Assembly (NCBI GenBank): GCA_963750165.1
Contig: CAVVPN010000003.1
Coordinates: forward strand, 3,232,001 to 3,296,000
Length of the DNA: 64,000 bases
From: an uncultured Gemmataceae bacterium
GTDB taxonomy: Bacteria > Planctomycetota > Planctomycetia > Gemmatales > Gemmataceae
Reading direction: 5' to 3'
The notes beneath the pieces are model-generated. The model did not search any database and had not been told where the DNA came from. It saw only the letters and a list, made by a program, of their open reading frames with translations. This document shows positions 12,421 to 27,115 of this stretch, in pieces. The position numbers were made by a program, and so were the translations under genes. Within the stretch, counting starts at the first letter, position 1. Each line of letters starts with the position of its first letter.

Positions 12421-13575
12421 TCAGCGTGTGGCCAGAATAACCGCACGGTTAAAGGTCTGCCAGGCGCGGCGGAGGACGCCAGAGTAATTGCCGACGACCG
12501 AAACGTTCTGGAACCCCAGGCGGCGCAGGATCAACTCGACGCAGGGCACGTTGAGCTGCCACCACACCCGACAGTGTTTGGAACTGCCGATGAAGCCCAT
12601 CATCGGAAACGGACCCGGCCCTCCCAGGAACGGCACTTCGACGGTCACCATGAGGGAGCCGCGGCACAACCCCGCCAGCACGTCCAGCGCCTTCAACGGG
12701 GAGAACAGGTGGACGAGGATGTCGCCGGCGTAGATGAAATCGAACTGGGTCTCGCCCAGGGGGGTCTTCCCCAGGTCGTAAATGGTGGAATAGCAGCGCT
12801 GCACCCGGGACTTCAGGATGGAGTGGCAGAACTGGAACGGCCCGTCCAGGTGGTTTTGGTAAGCCAGTCTCCGGGTGTCGGCCCCGGAAGCTGCAACCAG
12901 ATCCTTTAAGTGTCGTTCCCGGTCGCACGTGAGCATGTCCCAGTCTTCGAGCGAGGGTAGCTCGACGGAGGTGACCTCGGCCCCACGCCGCTCGAACTCG
13001 AACGCGAAAAAGCCGGTCGCCGAGCCCACGTCCAGGGCGCGCAGCCCCTTCATGTCGGCCGGGAAGCTGAACGCGGCGATCTGGTCGCGAAAGTCGTAGT
13101 CACCCGGGGTGATCAGCCCGTTGCCCAGGTCAATCGTGTGGTACCAGTAATAGTCGTCAAAACCCTTGGGGTTGGGGCCCCGCGTCCGTTCACGAAAGGC
13201 CTGGACCTGCTGTCCGTACACGATTTTCTGCGCCTCAAGTTGGCGCTGCCGCTCCTGCTCGGCCTTCTGGGCGGCCTGCGCCTGGAGGGCGGCTTGCGTT
13301 TCCGCCCGGCGGGCCTCCTCCAACCGCTGCGCGTCCGCCCGGCGGATCTCCTCCAACTGCTGCGCGTCGATCCGGCGGGTCTCCGCCAACCACAATTCGT
13401 CCGACCGGCGGAGTTCGGACACCTGGCGATGCACTTCCTGGGCCATGGCCGCTCGCCGTTGCTCCACCCCGAAGGGGTCGCTGACCCGGCGTTGGATTTT
13501 CCTGGAAACCCGGCGCACCAGGCTCCCCAGGCCTTCATCCGCGACCACGCGCATTGCTCGCTGCAATGAACTCAT
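12421..13575 (-). CDS. Class I SAM-dependent methyltransferase (CmoB/DUF1698-like) with N-terminal coiled coil
   Basis: WYHTIDLG.G..TPG, ALDVGSATGFFAFEFERRGA, FDFIYAGDILVHL. Confidence 0.85.
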   Translation of the reverse strand: MSSLQRAMRVVADEGLGSLVRRVSRKIQRRVSDPFGVEQRRAAMAQEVHRQVSELRRSDELWLAETRRIDAQQLEEIRRADAQRLEEARRAETQAALQAQAAQKAEQERQRQLEAQKIVYGQQVQAFRERTRGPNPKGFDDYYWYHTIDLGNGLITPGDYDFRDQIAAFSFPADMKGLRALDVGSATGFFAFEFERRGAEVTSVELPSLEDWDMLTCDRERHLKDLVAASGADTRRLAYQNHLDGPFQFCHSILKSRVQRCYSTIYDLGKTPLGETQFDFIYAGDILVHLFSPLKALDVLAGLCRGSLMVTVEVPFLGGPGPFPMMGFIGSSKHCRVWWQLNVPCVELILRRLGFQNVSVVGNYSGVLRRAWQTFNRAVILATR

Positions 13576-13851
13576 CCTGAATTCCTGGTACTCGGTTGGA
13601 GGACTCCCTTCCCCTGGCTTTAATCCGTGAGCCAGTCAATCTGGCGAGCAAGGGAATGTGTTAGCCATCGCCCCCCAACGATCCCAACTTGAGTACAGCC
13701 CGGAATCGTTGGAGGGGCCGATGATTATCACATTCCCTGAGCTGAGTACAGGGCAAAACGCGCCGCGGCCCAGGGCGACTGAAAGGTTGATCTTGAGTCA
13801 ATCGGGCAGAATGTGCATGAGGGGACAAGTCCATGTCCCGGAGGATGCCCT

Positions 13852-14136
13852 ATGCCCCTGTTTGCTCCTGGCAGCCTGTTCGCCGCGCTGGCCGACCTGC
13901 CCGACTCCCGCAGCCCCCACGGCCGGCGCTTTACCCTCAGCTCCGTGCTCGCCTCCGCTTGCGCCTCATCCCCGTCACGCCCGAGCAACTCCGCCTCTCG
14001 CCCCTGGACGGCAAGACCCTGTGTGGCAGCGATGACCGCCGCGACATCGCGTCGGCAGTGCTTCGTGGGACGGCTCTCCAGAGCCGTCCCACGAAGATAA
14101 TTCGCTGCTCCTGCAACTACGGAGTTGCACCCCCTG
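13852..14136 (+). mobile_element. Degenerate ISAs1-family transposase remnant
   Basis: LADLPDSRSPHGRRFTLSSVL and, in another frame, LDGKTLCGS resemble the ISAs1 N-terminal and DGKTLRGS motifs; heavily deleted. Confidence 0.7.
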
Positions 14137-14257
14137 GCGTGGTCCATTGATTCCGGATATACTGGGGATTAATGGGCGGCATCCTTGGCCGTCCGACGCG
14201 TTGCCCTCACCCCCGGCAGACACCCCTAAAACAAGGCAGCGGTCGGAGGAAGACTCC

Positions 14258-15657
14258 ATGAACTGGTCGGGAACATGTGCGAACGGACGGGCGGCCCTGT
14301 CGGGCCTGACGCGGCGCCAGGCGCTGCAGGTCGGCGGCCTCGGTCTCCTCGGGCTGAGTCTGCCAAACTTCCTCCGCGTGCAGGCCCAGCAGTCGGGCCG
14401 CCGTGCCCGCGCGAAGTCCGTCATCTTCCTGCACCAGTACGGCGGCCCCAGTCAGCTCGACAGCTTTGACATGAAACCGGACGCCCCGGCCGCCATCCGC
14501 GGCGACTACCGGCCCATCGCCACCCGCGCCCCGGCATTCAGATTTGCGACCGCTTGCCGGCCATGGCGCCGCACATGGATAAAGTCACGCTGATCCGTAG
14601 CCTGTGGCACGGTATGCGCAACCACAACTCGGCGGGCTATTACAGCCTGACCGGCCACGCCCCGGCCATCGACGACCAGCGCCTGCGCGACTCGCGCGAG
14701 CTGTTCCCCGCTTACGGCTCCGTCGTGGACCGCTTCGCGCCGTGCCCGGCCGGCGTGCCAACCTTCGTGTCCTACCCGCACGTCATCCGCGATGGCTCCA
14801 TCACGCCCGGCCAGCACGCCAGCTTCCTCGGCCAGGCTCATGACCCGTTCTTCATCAACCAGGATCCCAACAGTCCAGAATTCCGCCTGCCCGAACTCAG
14901 TCTGCCCGGAAACGTCACGCCGGCGCGGCTGGGCAATCGTGAGGAGATGCTCAGCCTGGTCGAAGGGCAGTCGCGGCTGCTCGACTACTCGGCGCAGGCG
15001 CGCGGCATTGACACCTTCCACCAGCGGGCGATCGCGCTGCTGACCTCGACGGCGGTGCGGCGGGCGTTCGATCTGTCGAGCGAACCGGCGGCGGTGCGCG
15101 ACCGCTATGGCCGCACCACCTATGGTCAGGGCTGCCTGCTGGCCCGGCGGCTGGTTGAGGCCGGCGTCAAGTTCGTGACGGTCTACTTCGCGGCCAGCAT
15201 CGGCGGTCAGAGCTTCACGTCCGGCGGCTGGGACACACACGGCTTCAACAACAACCCGATGTACCCGGTGCTGAACAACTACCTGATGCCGATCACCAAC
15301 CAGACGCTGCCGGCGCTGCTGACCGACCTGCAGGAGCGCGGCCTGCTGCGCGACACCCTCGTCGTCTGGGTCGGCGAGTTCGGCCGGTCGCCGCGCATCA
15401 ACAACATGGCCGGCCGCGATCACTGGCCGCAGTGCTACACGGCGCTGCTGGCCGGCGGCGGCGTCAAGGGCGGCCATGTCCACGGCGCCTCCGACCGCAT
15501 CGGCGCTTTCCCGGCGCGCGACCCGGTGCGACCGGACGACCTGTCCGCGACATTGTTCCACCTGCTTGGCATCGACCCGCGCACGGAGGTGCGCGACGCC
15601 TTGCAACGACCGCTGCCGATCAGCTCCGGCTCGGTCATCGAGGGCATCCTGGCGTAG
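14258..15657 (+). CDS. DUF1501 domain protein with twin-arginine signal; frameshift near 14530
   Basis: TRRQALQVGGLG, AKSVIFL...GGPSQLDSFDMKP, CLLARRLVEAGV, WDTH, GEFGRSP, GRDHWP; GGAGG upstream. Confidence 0.92.
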
Positions 15658-15693
15658 CGGTGCCCCGGTCTCGCTTGGAACTGCCGGAACGAT

Positions 15694-15749
15694 GGAGCCC
15701 CGTTGACGTTTCGCGTGGCCCACCCCGCGCGAACCATCAACGGGGCTCC
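15694..15749. terminator. Stem-loop downstream of the DUF1501 gene (terminator or REP-like)
   Basis: GGAGCCCCGTTGA ... TCAACGGGGCTCC, 13-bp perfect stem. Confidence 0.5.
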
Positions 15750-15922
15750 GGCTTTCGTGGTCCGCTTACCGAAATTCTATTATCTATCCAAATTGCCTTA
15801 TTGCCAGGCGAGCGCCAGAGTCCCCATAATGAATCTATTGGTTCAATGGTGAACGCCGGCGGCGCCCGGAGGGCGTTCGGCGGTCAGAACCTTCCCCCCC
15901 CAGTGCGCCCAGGTAAGTCATT

Positions 15923-18900
15923 ATGTCCCCAGGCTTTCGCGTCATCATCCTCGATGACAACGCGGCATACGCACAACACCTGGCGCAGGAACTCCGGAGT
16001 GCCGGCTTCGCCCACGACTGGCAATGGGTGAACTCCGAGGCCGACTTCCGCGCCCGCCTCGCCGCCGCGCCCGACCTGATCCTGTCCGATTACCATCTGT
16101 CCCGGCTGACCGCCCTGCGCGCCCTGGAGATGCTGCGCGAGGCCGGTCACGACGCGCCGTTGATCGTCGTCTCGGGCAGTGACGGCGTGGACCAGGCCGT
16201 CACCGCGCTGCAGCACGGCGCGGCCGACTACCTGCGCAAGGACCGCCTCGACCGCCTGGGGTTGGCGATCACCGGGGCCCTGGAGCGGCGCCGCCTCGGC
16301 GCCGAGCGCCGCCGGACCGAGATCAACTACCGCCGACTGGTCGAGACCGTCCCCGACGGCATCTGGACCATTGACGCCGACAGCAACACCACCTTCGTCA
16401 ACCGGCCGATGGCGGAGATGCTCGGCTACACCGTGGATGAGATGCTCGGCCGTCACCTGTTCGCCTTCATCGACACGGAGAACCGGCCGCTGGCGGCCAC
16501 AAAGGTCGAGCGCCGCCGCCAGGGCATCGCCGAGCACCACGACTTCAAGTTCCGCCGCAAGGACGGTGGCGAACTGTGGGCGCACCTGGCCACCAAACCC
16601 ATGTTCGAGGGCGACCGCTACGCCGGCGCCCTGGCCGTGGTCACCGATGTCACCGAGCAGCGCCGCCGGGAGGAGGAACTGCGGCAGAGCGAGGAGCGTT
16701 TCCGAATGGCCTTCGCCTACGCCGCGGTTGGCATGGCGGTCAGCACGCCGGAGGGCCGCGTCGTCCAGGTCAACCCCGCCTACTGCGCCATCACCGGCTA
16801 CGGCGAGGCGGAACTGCTGGACGGCAGCGCCGGCAGCCCGACTCATCCCGACGACCGGCCGGCCCAGCACGAGGCCGTGGCCCGGCTCGTGGCCGGCGAG
16901 GCGCCCGCCTTCCTCCTGGAAAAGCGCTACCTGCGCAAGGACGGCAGCATCGTCTGGGTGCTCAACAGTGTCTCACTGGTGCGCGACCGTGCGGGCCGGC
17001 CGGCCCACCTCGTCACGTTGGTGCAGGACGTGACCGAGCGCCATCTGGCGGAGCAGCGGCTGCGCGAGGAGACCGAGGTCGCCGAGACGCTGCACCGCAT
17101 CGGTGCCATCCTGGCGGCCGAGCTGAACCTGTACAAACTGGTGCAGGCGATCACCGACGCGGCGACCCGACTGGTCAACGCCCAGGTCGGCGCCTTCGTC
17201 TCCCCTGACCTGGGCGAAGGGGTGTCCTGGAGCCAGTTCACACTGGCGGAGGCTCTGGCAGGAGTGGTGCCCGAGGCCAGCCGCGGTTGGGATCCCGGCC
17301 TGGTGGTTCAGGTCTGCCGCGAGGGCCAGCGGGCCCGCGTGGACGACGTGACCGGCGACCCGCGCTTCCGCCAGCGGCCAGCGTTCTTCGGCCTGCCCGA
17401 AGGCCATCCGCCGGTGCGCAGCTTCCTGGCAGTGCCGGTGGTCTCACGGGACAATGTGCTGCTGGGCGGCCTGTTCTTCGGCCACACCGAGCCGGGCCAC
17501 TTCAGCGCCCGCGATGAGCGCGTCATCACTGGCCTGGCTGGCCACGCTGCGGTCGCCATCGACAACGCCCGGCTGTACCAGCAGGCCCAGGACGCCGGTC
17601 GGCTACTGGCGGCGCTGGTGGAAAGTTCCGAGGACGCCATCATCGGCCTGTCGGCGCAAGGAGCGATCACCAGCTGGAACCCCGGCGCCGAGCGGCTCAC
17701 CGGCCTGCCGACCGCGGCCGCGCTCGCCCGGCCGGTGACATCCCTGGTCGCCCCGGATTGCCTTGCCGAGTTCCACCAGGCCCTGGCCCGGCTGCAAAGC
17801 GGCGAGCGCGTCTCGTCCTTCGAGAGCACCTGGCTGTATCGCGACGGCCGCCGCGTCGAGGTAGCCGTCAGCCTGGCGCCGCTGCGCGACCGCGACGGCC
17901 GCGACCTCGGCGCCTCCGCCATCGCCCGCGACACCACCGAGCGCAAACACCTGGAGGAGCAGTTCCGCCAGGCCCAGAAGATGGAGGCCATCGGCCGGTT
18001 GGCCGGCGGCGTGGCCCACGACTTCAACAATCTGCTGACGGTCATCAACGGCTACGGCGAGATGCTGCTGGCCAGCCTGCCGCCAGGCACCGCGACGCGC
18101 GAGCTGATCCAGCAGATCACCGCCGCCGGCGACCGGGCGGCGGCGCTGACGCGGCGAGCTGCTCGCCTTCAGCCGCAAGCAGGTCGTGGCGCCGCGGGTG
18201 CTGGACCTCAAGGCGCTCGTGGCCGACATTGGGCAGTTGCTGCGCCGGCTGATCGGCGAGGACATCGAACTGGTGACGGTGATGGCCCCGGACCTGTGGC
18301 TGGTGCGGGCGGACCCGGGCCAGATGGAGCAGATCATTATCAACCTGGCGGTCAACGCCCGCGACGCCATGCCGCGGGCCGGCAAGCTCACCCTGGAACT
18401 GCGCAACGTCGAACTGGACGAGCACTACGCCCGGACGCACGCCGAGGCCCGGCCCGGGCCGCACGTGCTGCTGTCGATGAGCGACACCGGCGTCGGCATG
18501 GACGCCGCCACGCAGGCGCGGGTCTTCGAGCCGTTCTTCACCACCAAGGGCGACAAGGGCACCGGCCTGGGGCTGGCGACGGTCTACGGCATCGCCCGGG
18601 GCCACGGCGGCCACATCGCGGTCTACAGCGAACCTGGCCTCGGCGCCACCTTCAAGGTGTACCTGCCGCGCGCCGAGGAGCGGCCGGCGGCGGCGCGCAA
18701 GTCGAGCGTCGGGGCGCCGGTCCTGCCGCGCGGCACCGAGACGCTGCTGTTCGTCGAGGATGAAGAGGCGGTGCGGGCGCTCGTGCGGCACGTGCTGAAG
18801 GCTTGCGGCTACACGCTGCTGGAGGCGGCCGACGGCCAGGAGGCGCTGCGCCTGGCGGGCCAGCATGCTGGATCGATCGACATGTTGGTGACGGACGTGG

Positions 18901-19115
18901 TGATGCCGCAGATGGGCGGCCGGGAAGTGGCGGAGCGGCTGACCGCGCTGCGGCCGAGGCTGCGCGTGCTGTACCTGTCGGGCTACACCGACGACGCGGT
19001 GGTGCGGCACGGCATCCTGCAGGCGGACGTGCATTTCTTGCAGAAGCCGTTCACGCCGACGGCGCTGGCGCTGCGCGTCCGCGAGGTGCTCGACGCCGAG
19101 GCCCCGCGGGCGTGA
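15923..19115 (+). CDS. Hybrid sensor kinase REC-PAS-PAS-GAF-PAS-HisKA-HATPase-REC (CckA-like); frameshift near 18153
   Basis: [49 protein letters not shown]-terminal REC. Confidence 0.92.
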
Positions 19116-19160
19116 CGTGTGCCTTCTGGTTCCTGGTCGGAGCCCGAAAAACAAGGACCC

Positions 19161-19787
19161 CTATTCCCGGCCGTCGTCCGGCGGCTGGGCGGCATACCGG
19201 CTCAGCTGCGGCTTCACTTCTGTCTCCCAGCAGTCCGGACAGATGCCGTGGCTGAAGCGCATCTGCGTGTGTCGCGATACGTAGGTTTCCACCTGCTGCC
19301 AGTAATTGCGGTCGTCGCGGATTTTCTTGCAGTACGAGCAGATGGGTAGCAGCCCCTGCAACTGCTGCACCTGCGACAGCGCTTCCTCCAATTCGCGCAC
19401 CCGTTGCGCCAGGCTGCGCTGCAGTTCGACCACGTTCTGGCCGACGCGCACCCGGGCCTGCAACTCGGCGCGGTCGAACGGCTTGATGACGTAGTCGTTG
19501 GCCCCGCTCTGCAAGCCGGCGACGACGTCCGCCTTGGCGTCGCGCGCGGTCAGCAGGATGACGTAGACCGGCTCGGAGGTCGGCTGCGCGCAGCCGCCGG
19601 CACACCTCCACGCCCTGCAGCCCCGGCATCACCCAGTCGAGCACGGCCAGGCGCGGCGCCTGCGGCCCCGACAGGATCTCCCAGGCGTCCAGGCCGTCGT
19701 TGACCACGACGACGTCGTAGCCCCAACTCTCCAGGGCCCCCTGCAGCATGCGCCGCGGGATCAGGTCGTCGTCGGCAATCAGCACCC

Positions 19788-19791
<4 letters not shown>
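19161..19791 (-). CDS. Response regulator with Cys-rich C-terminus; frameshift near 19585
   Basis: [37 protein letters not shown]...SHGICPDC. Confidence 0.88.
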
Positions 19792-22996
<3,205 letters not shown>

Positions 22997-23013
<17 letters not shown>

Positions 23014-25270
23014 GGAAAATCACCTCGAAGTGCGGGGCGCAGCGCAGGAAGACCTGAACCAGCGCGGGGTCAAACTGGCCCTGACAGCCCTCGGCCATCA
23101 CCTGCAGGGTGGCGGCGTGCGACAGCGCCGGTTTGTAGACGCGCCGCGACCGCAGCGCGTCGTACACGTCGCCGATGGCCACCAGGCGGGCCGCCAGCGG
23201 GATGTCGGTGCCGGTCAGCCGGTCGGGGTAACCGCGGCCGTCCCAGCGCTCATGGTGGTGGCGGGCGATGTCCGCCGCTGTCTGCAGAAACGCCAGCGCG
23301 AAGCCGTGCTGTTTGGCCACCGCCCGCAGCGTGTCGCTGCCGATGACCGTGTGCGTCTGCATGATGACGCGCTCATCGGCGTCGAGCTTGCCCGGCTTCA
23401 TCAAAATGTGATCTGGCAGGCCGACCTTGCCGATGTCGTGCAGCGGAGCGCAGCACTCCAGCATCTCCAGGAAGCCCGGGGTGATCTGGGTGGCGAAGTT
23501 CGGGTTGCTGGCCGCCTCCTCCGCCAGGCAGCGGCTGAAGCGCTGCAGGCGGTGCAGGTGGGAGCCGGTCTCGCTGTCGCGGTAGGACACGAGCTTGGCC
23601 AGGGCCAGCACCAGGGCGTTGCGGGCATGCACCAGATCGCTGTCGCGGTGGTTGAGATTCTTCTCCAGTTCCTGGTTGACCGTCAGCAGGTGGCGCGTCA
23701 TCAGGTCGGAGCGGTCCTGAGCTTCCTTGAGCCGCAGCGCCGCCTTGACCCGCGCCCGCAGCTGCATGACACTGAGCGGCTTGGTCAGGTAGTCGTCGGC
23801 GCCGGCGAGCAGAACCTGGGCCATGTCATCGCCGCTGACGCGGCCCGAGCACAGAATGATCTTGAGATGGGCGCTGGGCGGCTGCTCGCGCAGACGGCGG
23901 CACAGGTCCGGCCCCTTCAGCTCGGGCATCTCGAAGTCGCTGAGCACCAGGTCGTAGGGCTTGCGGTGCAGCGTTTCCAGGGCGACGCGGCCGTTCTCGG
24001 CCTCGTCGCAGGCCAGTCCCTCGGCCTGCAACGCGAAGCGGCAGAACAGGCGGATGGACGGCTCGTCGTCCACGACCAGCACGCGGGCTTTGCGTACCGA
24101 CTCGGCCACTTCCAGCGACGGCAGGCCGCCCGCAGGGGTGCCGTCGGCGGACAGCTGCAGGTGCTCGCGCAGCTCCGGCTGGAAGAACGGCAGCAGGGCG
24201 CGCATGACGGCCTGTGGTGTTGGGAAGCGGTCGTCGGGCCGGACAGCCATCATGCGGGCGAGGAGGGCGTCGAGGTCGCCGGGCAGCTCCGGCCGCCACT
24301 GCCGCGCGGAGGGCGGCGGTTGCGTCAGGCGGGCGCTCACCTGCTGGACGATGTTGTCCTTCCACTCGAACGGCGGCCGGCCGGTCAGGCACCAGAACAG
24401 GGTGCCGCCCAGGCCGTAGATGTCGGCGCGGATGTCCACGGAGCCGGCGTCCTGGGCCTGCTCGGGCGCCATGTAGTCCAGGGTGCCGAGCATGGTGCCC
24501 GCCTCGGTCTGGCGATGGCGGAAGTGGCGGGCCAGGCCGAAGTCGAGCAGTTTGGCCTGGCCCTCGGGCGTGATGAGGACATTGGACGGCTTGATGTCGC
24601 GGTGGACCAGGTTGTGCTTGTGGGCCTCGGCCAGCGCCGAGGCGACCTGGTGGATGAGATCGCAGGCGAAGCTGGGCTCCAGCGGGCCGCGGCCGTTCAC
24701 CAGGTCCTCGAGGTCCTGGCCGGGCACGTATTCCATGACGAAGTAGTGCAGCACCTGGCCGTCCGGCCCCGGCGAGACGGCCTTGCCTGCCTCGACGGCA
24801 CCGACGATGTTGGGGTGCTGCAACTGGGAGATGGCACGCATCTCCGTGTAGAAACGGCGCACCAGGAAGGTCGGGTCGTCCGGCGAGGCGGCCAGTACCT
24901 TGATGGCGACCACCCGGCGCATGAGCAGGTGCTCGGCCCTGAAGACCACGCCCATGCCGCCGGCGCCGATGCGCTCCAGGATGCGGTAATTGCCCAGCAG
25001 CAGGCCGAAGGTTTTGCCAGCCTCGATGCGGGCGGCCTGGTAATCGGTCAGCAACCGCTGCTCGACCAGCAGCGTCAACACGCCCAAACGATCAACGCGG
25101 TGCAGCAGGAGTTCGCGCACCGCGTCGGGCAGGGCCTCCCAGTCCTCGGTCAGCACCAGCGACGTACCAAGCAGGTCTTGCAGCAGGGCCTGGCCAGACG
25201 AAAGGGTGGTCGTCCCGATGGTAAACTGGGTGGGGTGCGATGACGACCGGCCGTTGGACACGCCCTTCAT
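22997..25270 (-). CDS. Ser/Thr protein kinase - receiver - HD-GYP phosphodiesterase fusion
   Basis: GAGGMG, VAIK, HRDIKPSN, DFG, YMAPE; VVDDE, LSDFEMP, KP; LHDIGK, HHERWDGRGYP, DVYDAL. Confidence 0.93.
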
Positions 25271-25493
25271 GGAGAATTCCTGGGTAACGAGAGCAAGGTT
25301 CCGTGCGGACAATCCGGCGGCGCGGCATTACGTTCCTGCCAAACTATAGAACGCGAACCTCGCCCCGGACGGCGGTGGCGCTGTGAAAATCCCGCCACGC
25401 ACGGCGGCGACCGGCTCGTTGAGGCCGGGACGGAAGAATCGTGGCCAGACCGGAAGGGGGTGAAGGGATGGGTAAGAAGGCCTGACGGAAAGA

Positions 25494-25561
25494 GGCGAGC
25501 GGCGCGGCGTCAGCCCGCCGGTGCTTCCGAGTACCGGCGGGCTGACGCCGCGCCGCTCGCC
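25494..25561. repeat. REP-like perfect palindrome
   Basis: 29-bp arms GGCGAGCGGCGCGGCGTCAGCCCGCCGGT, 10-nt loop. Confidence 0.9.
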
Positions 25562-25604
25562 AGCGCCCGTTTCCGTTTCGGGCCGGCATGGGCGGCGGCT
25601 GCGG

Positions 25605-25856
25605 TCAGCCCTGCGGGGACTCGCCGCGGCCGTTGCGACCGCGGGAGTGCTGGCCGCCCCGGCGGCCGATCGCGGCCATGTGTCCGCGGTCGCGGCTGAC
25701 CGCCTCACCGCCGCGCCGGCCAGCCTCGCGCGCCTCCTGCGGCGTAAATTCGTGGGCCGTGCCGCGTTCGTGCGCCGCCCGCCCACCCTTACTGGCAATC
25801 GCGCGCTGGCGCTCCGCGTCCATGGCCGCGAACCCTCGCCTGTTCTTTTCTGGCAT
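25605..25856 (-). CDS. KGG-repeat general stress protein
   Basis: RGFAAMD.ERQRAIASKGG, AHEF...EAREAGRRGG, HMAAIGRRGG. Confidence 0.9.
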   Translation of the reverse strand: MPEKNRRGFAAMDAERQRAIASKGGRAAHERGTAHEFTPQEAREAGRRGGEAVSRDRGHMAAIGRRGGQHSRGRNGRGESPQG

Positions 25857-25937
25857 GATTACGCTCCCTGGGGCACCTGCCCGGCGTCCGAATATCAGAC
25901 GAGATCCGGGAAATGGTAGGTTTCTGGCAATGGCGGT

Positions 25938-25953
25938 TGCACATCACGTGCCA
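25938..25953 (-). promoter_or_regulatory. Putative sigma54 promoter of the KGG gene
   Basis: TGGCACGTGATGTGCA versus consensus TGGCACG-N4-TTGCW. Confidence 0.65.
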
Positions 25954-26124
25954 GGCGACCGGGACGGCTCGCTTTTCGTGCCAGGGTTGCTCCGCGAGCA
26001 AAAACGCTGGCGTGGGGGGTGGAAAACGGCACGCGCACCGGCAGGTGATGGACCTGTGGATGCGCAGTCGTGAACCATCTCGTGCGCAGGGGTGCGGAAC
26101 TGGCGCCAAAACGGGTCTGGTTCC

Positions 26125-26140
26125 TGGCATTGGAGTTGCA
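26125..26140 (+). promoter_or_regulatory. Putative sigma54 promoter of the TIGR03000-type gene
   Basis: TGGCATTGGAGTTGCA. Confidence 0.65.
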
Positions 26141-26216
26141 TAGTCTGGAGGTGTCCGGAGGAGGTGGGGCAGCGGTTGCCCTGCGCACCAAGCATCACAC
26201 GGGAGGAAGGGACACG

Positions 26217-27026
26217 ATGAACACTCGCATTGGGTCGATCGCCGGGATGGTGGCCCTGGCCGGGGCACTGGTGCTGCTCTGCCCTGGGAAGAGCGAAGCG
26301 CAGCGGCGTGGCTTCTACGGCGGATTCGGAGGCTATCCAGGCTACGGCTACGGCGGCTATGGCGGCTGGGGCAACCCGGGCAGCAGCGGTTGGGGCTACG
26401 GCGGCTACGGCGGCCTTGGCGGCTTTGGTGTCGGCGGCTACGGCAGCGGCATGGGCAACTACCTCGGCAACGTTTCCGGCTACGGCTATCTCAACTCGCC
26501 GTACTACAACTACCTCGGCTACGGCTACGCCCCGGGGATCTACGGCTCTTCCAGTTCGCCTCCCTACAACTACCTCGGCTATGGCTACGCCTCAGGGATC
26601 TACGGCTCGTCCAGCTCGCCTATCTCCAACTACACCCACTACAGCCCGGAGTCCTACAGCCACAATTTCGCCCCGACTTTTTACTACGGCGGCACCTACA
26701 CCAGCCCGCCGAGCTACGCTTACAACTCGCCGACGAACGCCTACCTGTCCTACTACCCGGCGACCAGCGGCCAGCAGCTGGGCAACAGCGCCGAAATCCG
26801 GGTGACGGTGGCGCCGGACGCCGAGATCTGGTTTGACGGCACCAGGACGAAGCAGACCGGTTCGGTACGCGAGTTCATCACGCCGCCGCTGACACCTGCT
26901 CACACCTACACCTATCAGGTGCGTGCCCACTGGACCCAGAACGGCAAGGCGATGGACCAGACGCGCACCGTGACGGTCCAGCCAGGCCGCCACTCGTTGG
27001 TGGACTTCACCATCCCACAGAAGTGA
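26217..27026 (+). CDS. Secreted Gly/Tyr-rich protein with planctomycete TIGR03000-type domain
   Basis: Signal peptide; A.I.V.V..DAEIWFDG..T.QTG..R.F.TPPL.....Y.Y.VRA.W; GGAGG upstream. Confidence 0.88.
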   Translation: MNTRIGSIAGMVALAGALVLLCPGKSEAQRRGFYGGFGGYPGYGYGGYGGWGNPGSSGWGYGGYGGLGGFGVGGYGSGMGNYLGNVSGYGYLNSPYYNYLGYGYAPGIYGSSSSPPYNYLGYGYASGIYGSSSSPISNYTHYSPESYSHNFAPTFYYGGTYTSPPSYAYNSPTNAYLSYYPATSGQQLGNSAEIRVTVAPDAEIWFDGTRTKQTGSVREFITPPLTPAHTYTYQVRAHWTQNGKAMDQTRTVTVQPGRHSLVDFTIPQK

Positions 27027-27046
27027 CCGGCGGTGCCCCCAGGTGT

Positions 27047-27089
27047 GCCCGGCGAACCAGGGCCCGTCCCCGGTTCGCCGGGCTTTTTT
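27047..27089 (+). terminator. Intrinsic terminator
   Basis: GCCCGGCGAACC ... GGTTCGCCGGGC followed by TTTTTT. Confidence 0.8.
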
Positions 27090-27115
27090 CAGGACTTTGC
27101 GACGGAACTACCGCG

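Noticed and set aside
13748..14136. CAGGG...CCCTG as IS terminal repeats
   Set aside because: Only 5 bp match; too weak to define ends
25966..25983. Second TGGCACG on the minus strand as sigma54 site
   Set aside because: No GC at the -12 position
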